Below the pieces are notes generated by a model. It ran no database searches, was not told where the DNA came from, and worked only from the letters and a program-made list of their open reading frames with translations. Positions 62,646-64,000 of a stretch of 64,000 bases of DNA are shown here, in pieces (position 1 is the stretch's first letter; the number at the start of each line of letters is the position of its first letter). The stretch is taken from assembly GCA_036918135.1 (NCBI GenBank), contig JBALDB010000028.1, positions 96,001-160,000 on the forward strand. The letters are read 5' to 3'. This DNA is from Nostoc sp. Lineage in GTDB: Bacteria; Cyanobacteriota; Cyanobacteriia; Cyanobacteriales; Nostocaceae. Position numbers and translations under genes: made by a program.

Positions 62646-63653
62646 TCAGACATAAGTTTGCACCTCTTGGTTATAAAGTGTCAAACTTTCTAGTTTTTTT
62701 TGTAGATCTAACGAGCAGGGATTGAGTGCTAGAGTGTCTAAACTAAGTTCATCTTGAAATCGTTTGATTTTGTCACGACAGGTAGTTACATCACCAATAA
62801 TTGAGTTTTCCAGCAAATAATTTTCATCAAAAGAGCTTTTTTGCTCACCAATTGGCATCGCATGTTGACTGTGATTCTCGGAGTTTTGAACTTTATTTTT
62901 AAAAGCTTTCATTCTCTGGCTAAAAGTGCGAAGAAAAGGTAACGCTTCACTCACTGCTTCTTCATTTGTGCGAGCAACAAAAAAGAACCGTGCTAGCATC
63001 AGTCGATCTGAACCGCTGGAATTGATAACACGATATTTCATAACATTGCTTTTGAGAGTATCAAGAGAAAACTGTGTTCCTCCCATTAAGCCAAAAGAAT
63101 TGAGGGCGCTAAACTTCAGGGCGCGATCGTCGCTGGTTGCTAGATATACTGAAATCGGTTTCTGCAAAGGTTTTGGATAAATAGTCACCCCTTCGCATTG
63201 ATAATATTTACCGTTAAATGACACGTTAGTATGATATAACAGCTTATGAATTAGTGTCATTGCTTCTAGAGTTTGAGAGCGAGATTCACTCATGGAAGTA
63301 CCAAAATGCTTGTTTTGTTCCGGAAACGGCCCACCCTTAGCAATTCCAATGGAAAGTCGCCCGTTGCACAGATTATCCAGTGTAGCAATGCTTTCAGCAA
63401 TAGTGATTGGGTTGTGAAATGCCAGTAATAATGCTGCTGAACCTAATCGAATTTTGTTAGTTACGCCTGCTAAGTGTGCCATTAACATTAAAGTTGATGG
63501 GCTGACACTGAAATCATTAAAATGATGCTCTGTCACCCAAGCTTGTTCAAAATCCAAACTTTCTGCGTGTCTTACCAATGCAACTTGCTCAAACATGGTG
63601 CGACGAGCATTTTGATGATGATTTTCGTAATTACAGAAAAGTCCGGTTTTCAT
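62646..63653 (-). CDS. Luciferase-like (LLM class) flavin-dependent oxidoreductase
   Basis: MKTGLF, AWVTEHHF, IRLGSA, IATLDNL.NGRL, PKPLQKP; ATG at 63653. Confidence 0.9.
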   Translation of the reverse strand: MKTGLFCNYENHHQNARRTMFEQVALVRHAESLDFEQAWVTEHHFNDFSVSPSTLMLMAHLAGVTNKIRLGSAALLLAFHNPITIAESIATLDNLCNGRLSIGIAKGGPFPEQNKHFGTSMSESRSQTLEAMTLIHKLLYHTNVSFNGKYYQCEGVTIYPKPLQKPISVYLATSDDRALKFSALNSFGLMGGTQFSLDTLKSNVMKYRVINSSGSDRLMLARFFFVARTNEEAVSEALPFLRTFSQRMKAFKNKVQNSENHSQHAMPIGEQKSSFDENYLLENSIIGDVTTCRDKIKRFQDELSLDTLALNPCSLDLQKKLESLTLYNQEVQTYV

Positions 63654-63832
63654 AGCAAATGTTCTTATTTTTGTTATTGCAAGCGATTGCAATTTTAATT
63701 ACAAGCGGGTAGATATCTGTTGAATTTTAGAGATGAGAACGCATAGAAAATGTGTTGCATTAACTCAAGATTTTGAGTAACTTAAAATATTAAGTTAATG
63801 CTATATAAATGTTCAACTATTAATGCTTGGCA

Positions 63833-64000
63833 TTATACAGCAATTATTACATCTGATGCTTTGATAATTGCTTGTGCTTGTTTTCCTGGCTGAAGCTGAA
63901 GATTATCTACAGACCCATTAGTGATGATTGCAGTTATTTCTATACCTGGTGAGATTTCTAGTATGACTTCACTATTGATTGCTCCAGTGTGAACTGCCTT
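63833..64000 (-). CDS. Mop/TOBE molybdate-binding domain protein (3' part; start outside the window)
   Basis: Manual translation KAVHTGAINSEVILEISPGIEITAIITNGSVDNLQLQPGKQAQAIIKASDVIIAV*. Confidence 0.88.
   Translation of the reverse strand, partial: KAVHTGAINSEVILEISPGIEITAIITNGSVDNLQLQPGKQAQAIIKASDVIIAV

Overview
AT-rich chromosomal segment, almost certainly from a heterocyst-forming cyanobacterium (Nostoc-like). The evidence is the very frequent HIP1 octamer GCGATCGC, heptamer tandem repeats, small dispersed repeats inserted into HIP1 sites, and Nostoc-type gene families. Housekeeping genes include ftsH (partial), an mtnD-like cupin, photolyase, parA-family ATPase, serA, prmA, thioredoxin, fabG, cardiolipin synthase, an XPB-like helicase with DUF790, and moeB with a JAB peptidase. 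The more interesting accessory loci are: (1) a putative membrane-effector gene ending in an amyloid-like motif, in frame with an NB-ARC/TPR (NLR-like) gene and separated from it by one TGA; (2) an amino-acid-permease-PAS-GGDEF-EAL fusion convergent with a PLP histidine/serine-type decarboxylase that has an altered PLP motif; (3) three tandem RTX proteins with a conserved scaffold, variable Tyr-rich loops, mosaic structure and a duplicated ~600-bp leader; (4) a CBS-HEPN protein; (5) a methyltransferase fused to a HIT domain lacking its catalytic His. The right end holds an IS630 remnant joining a truncated AraC gene to a TonB-receptor fragment, a decayed antitoxin gene, a Tat-exported esterase, a large-subunit catalase, a luciferase-like gene and a partial Mop gene. 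I saw no rRNA, tRNA or CRISPR array. All calls come from motif recognition by eye; no searches were run.
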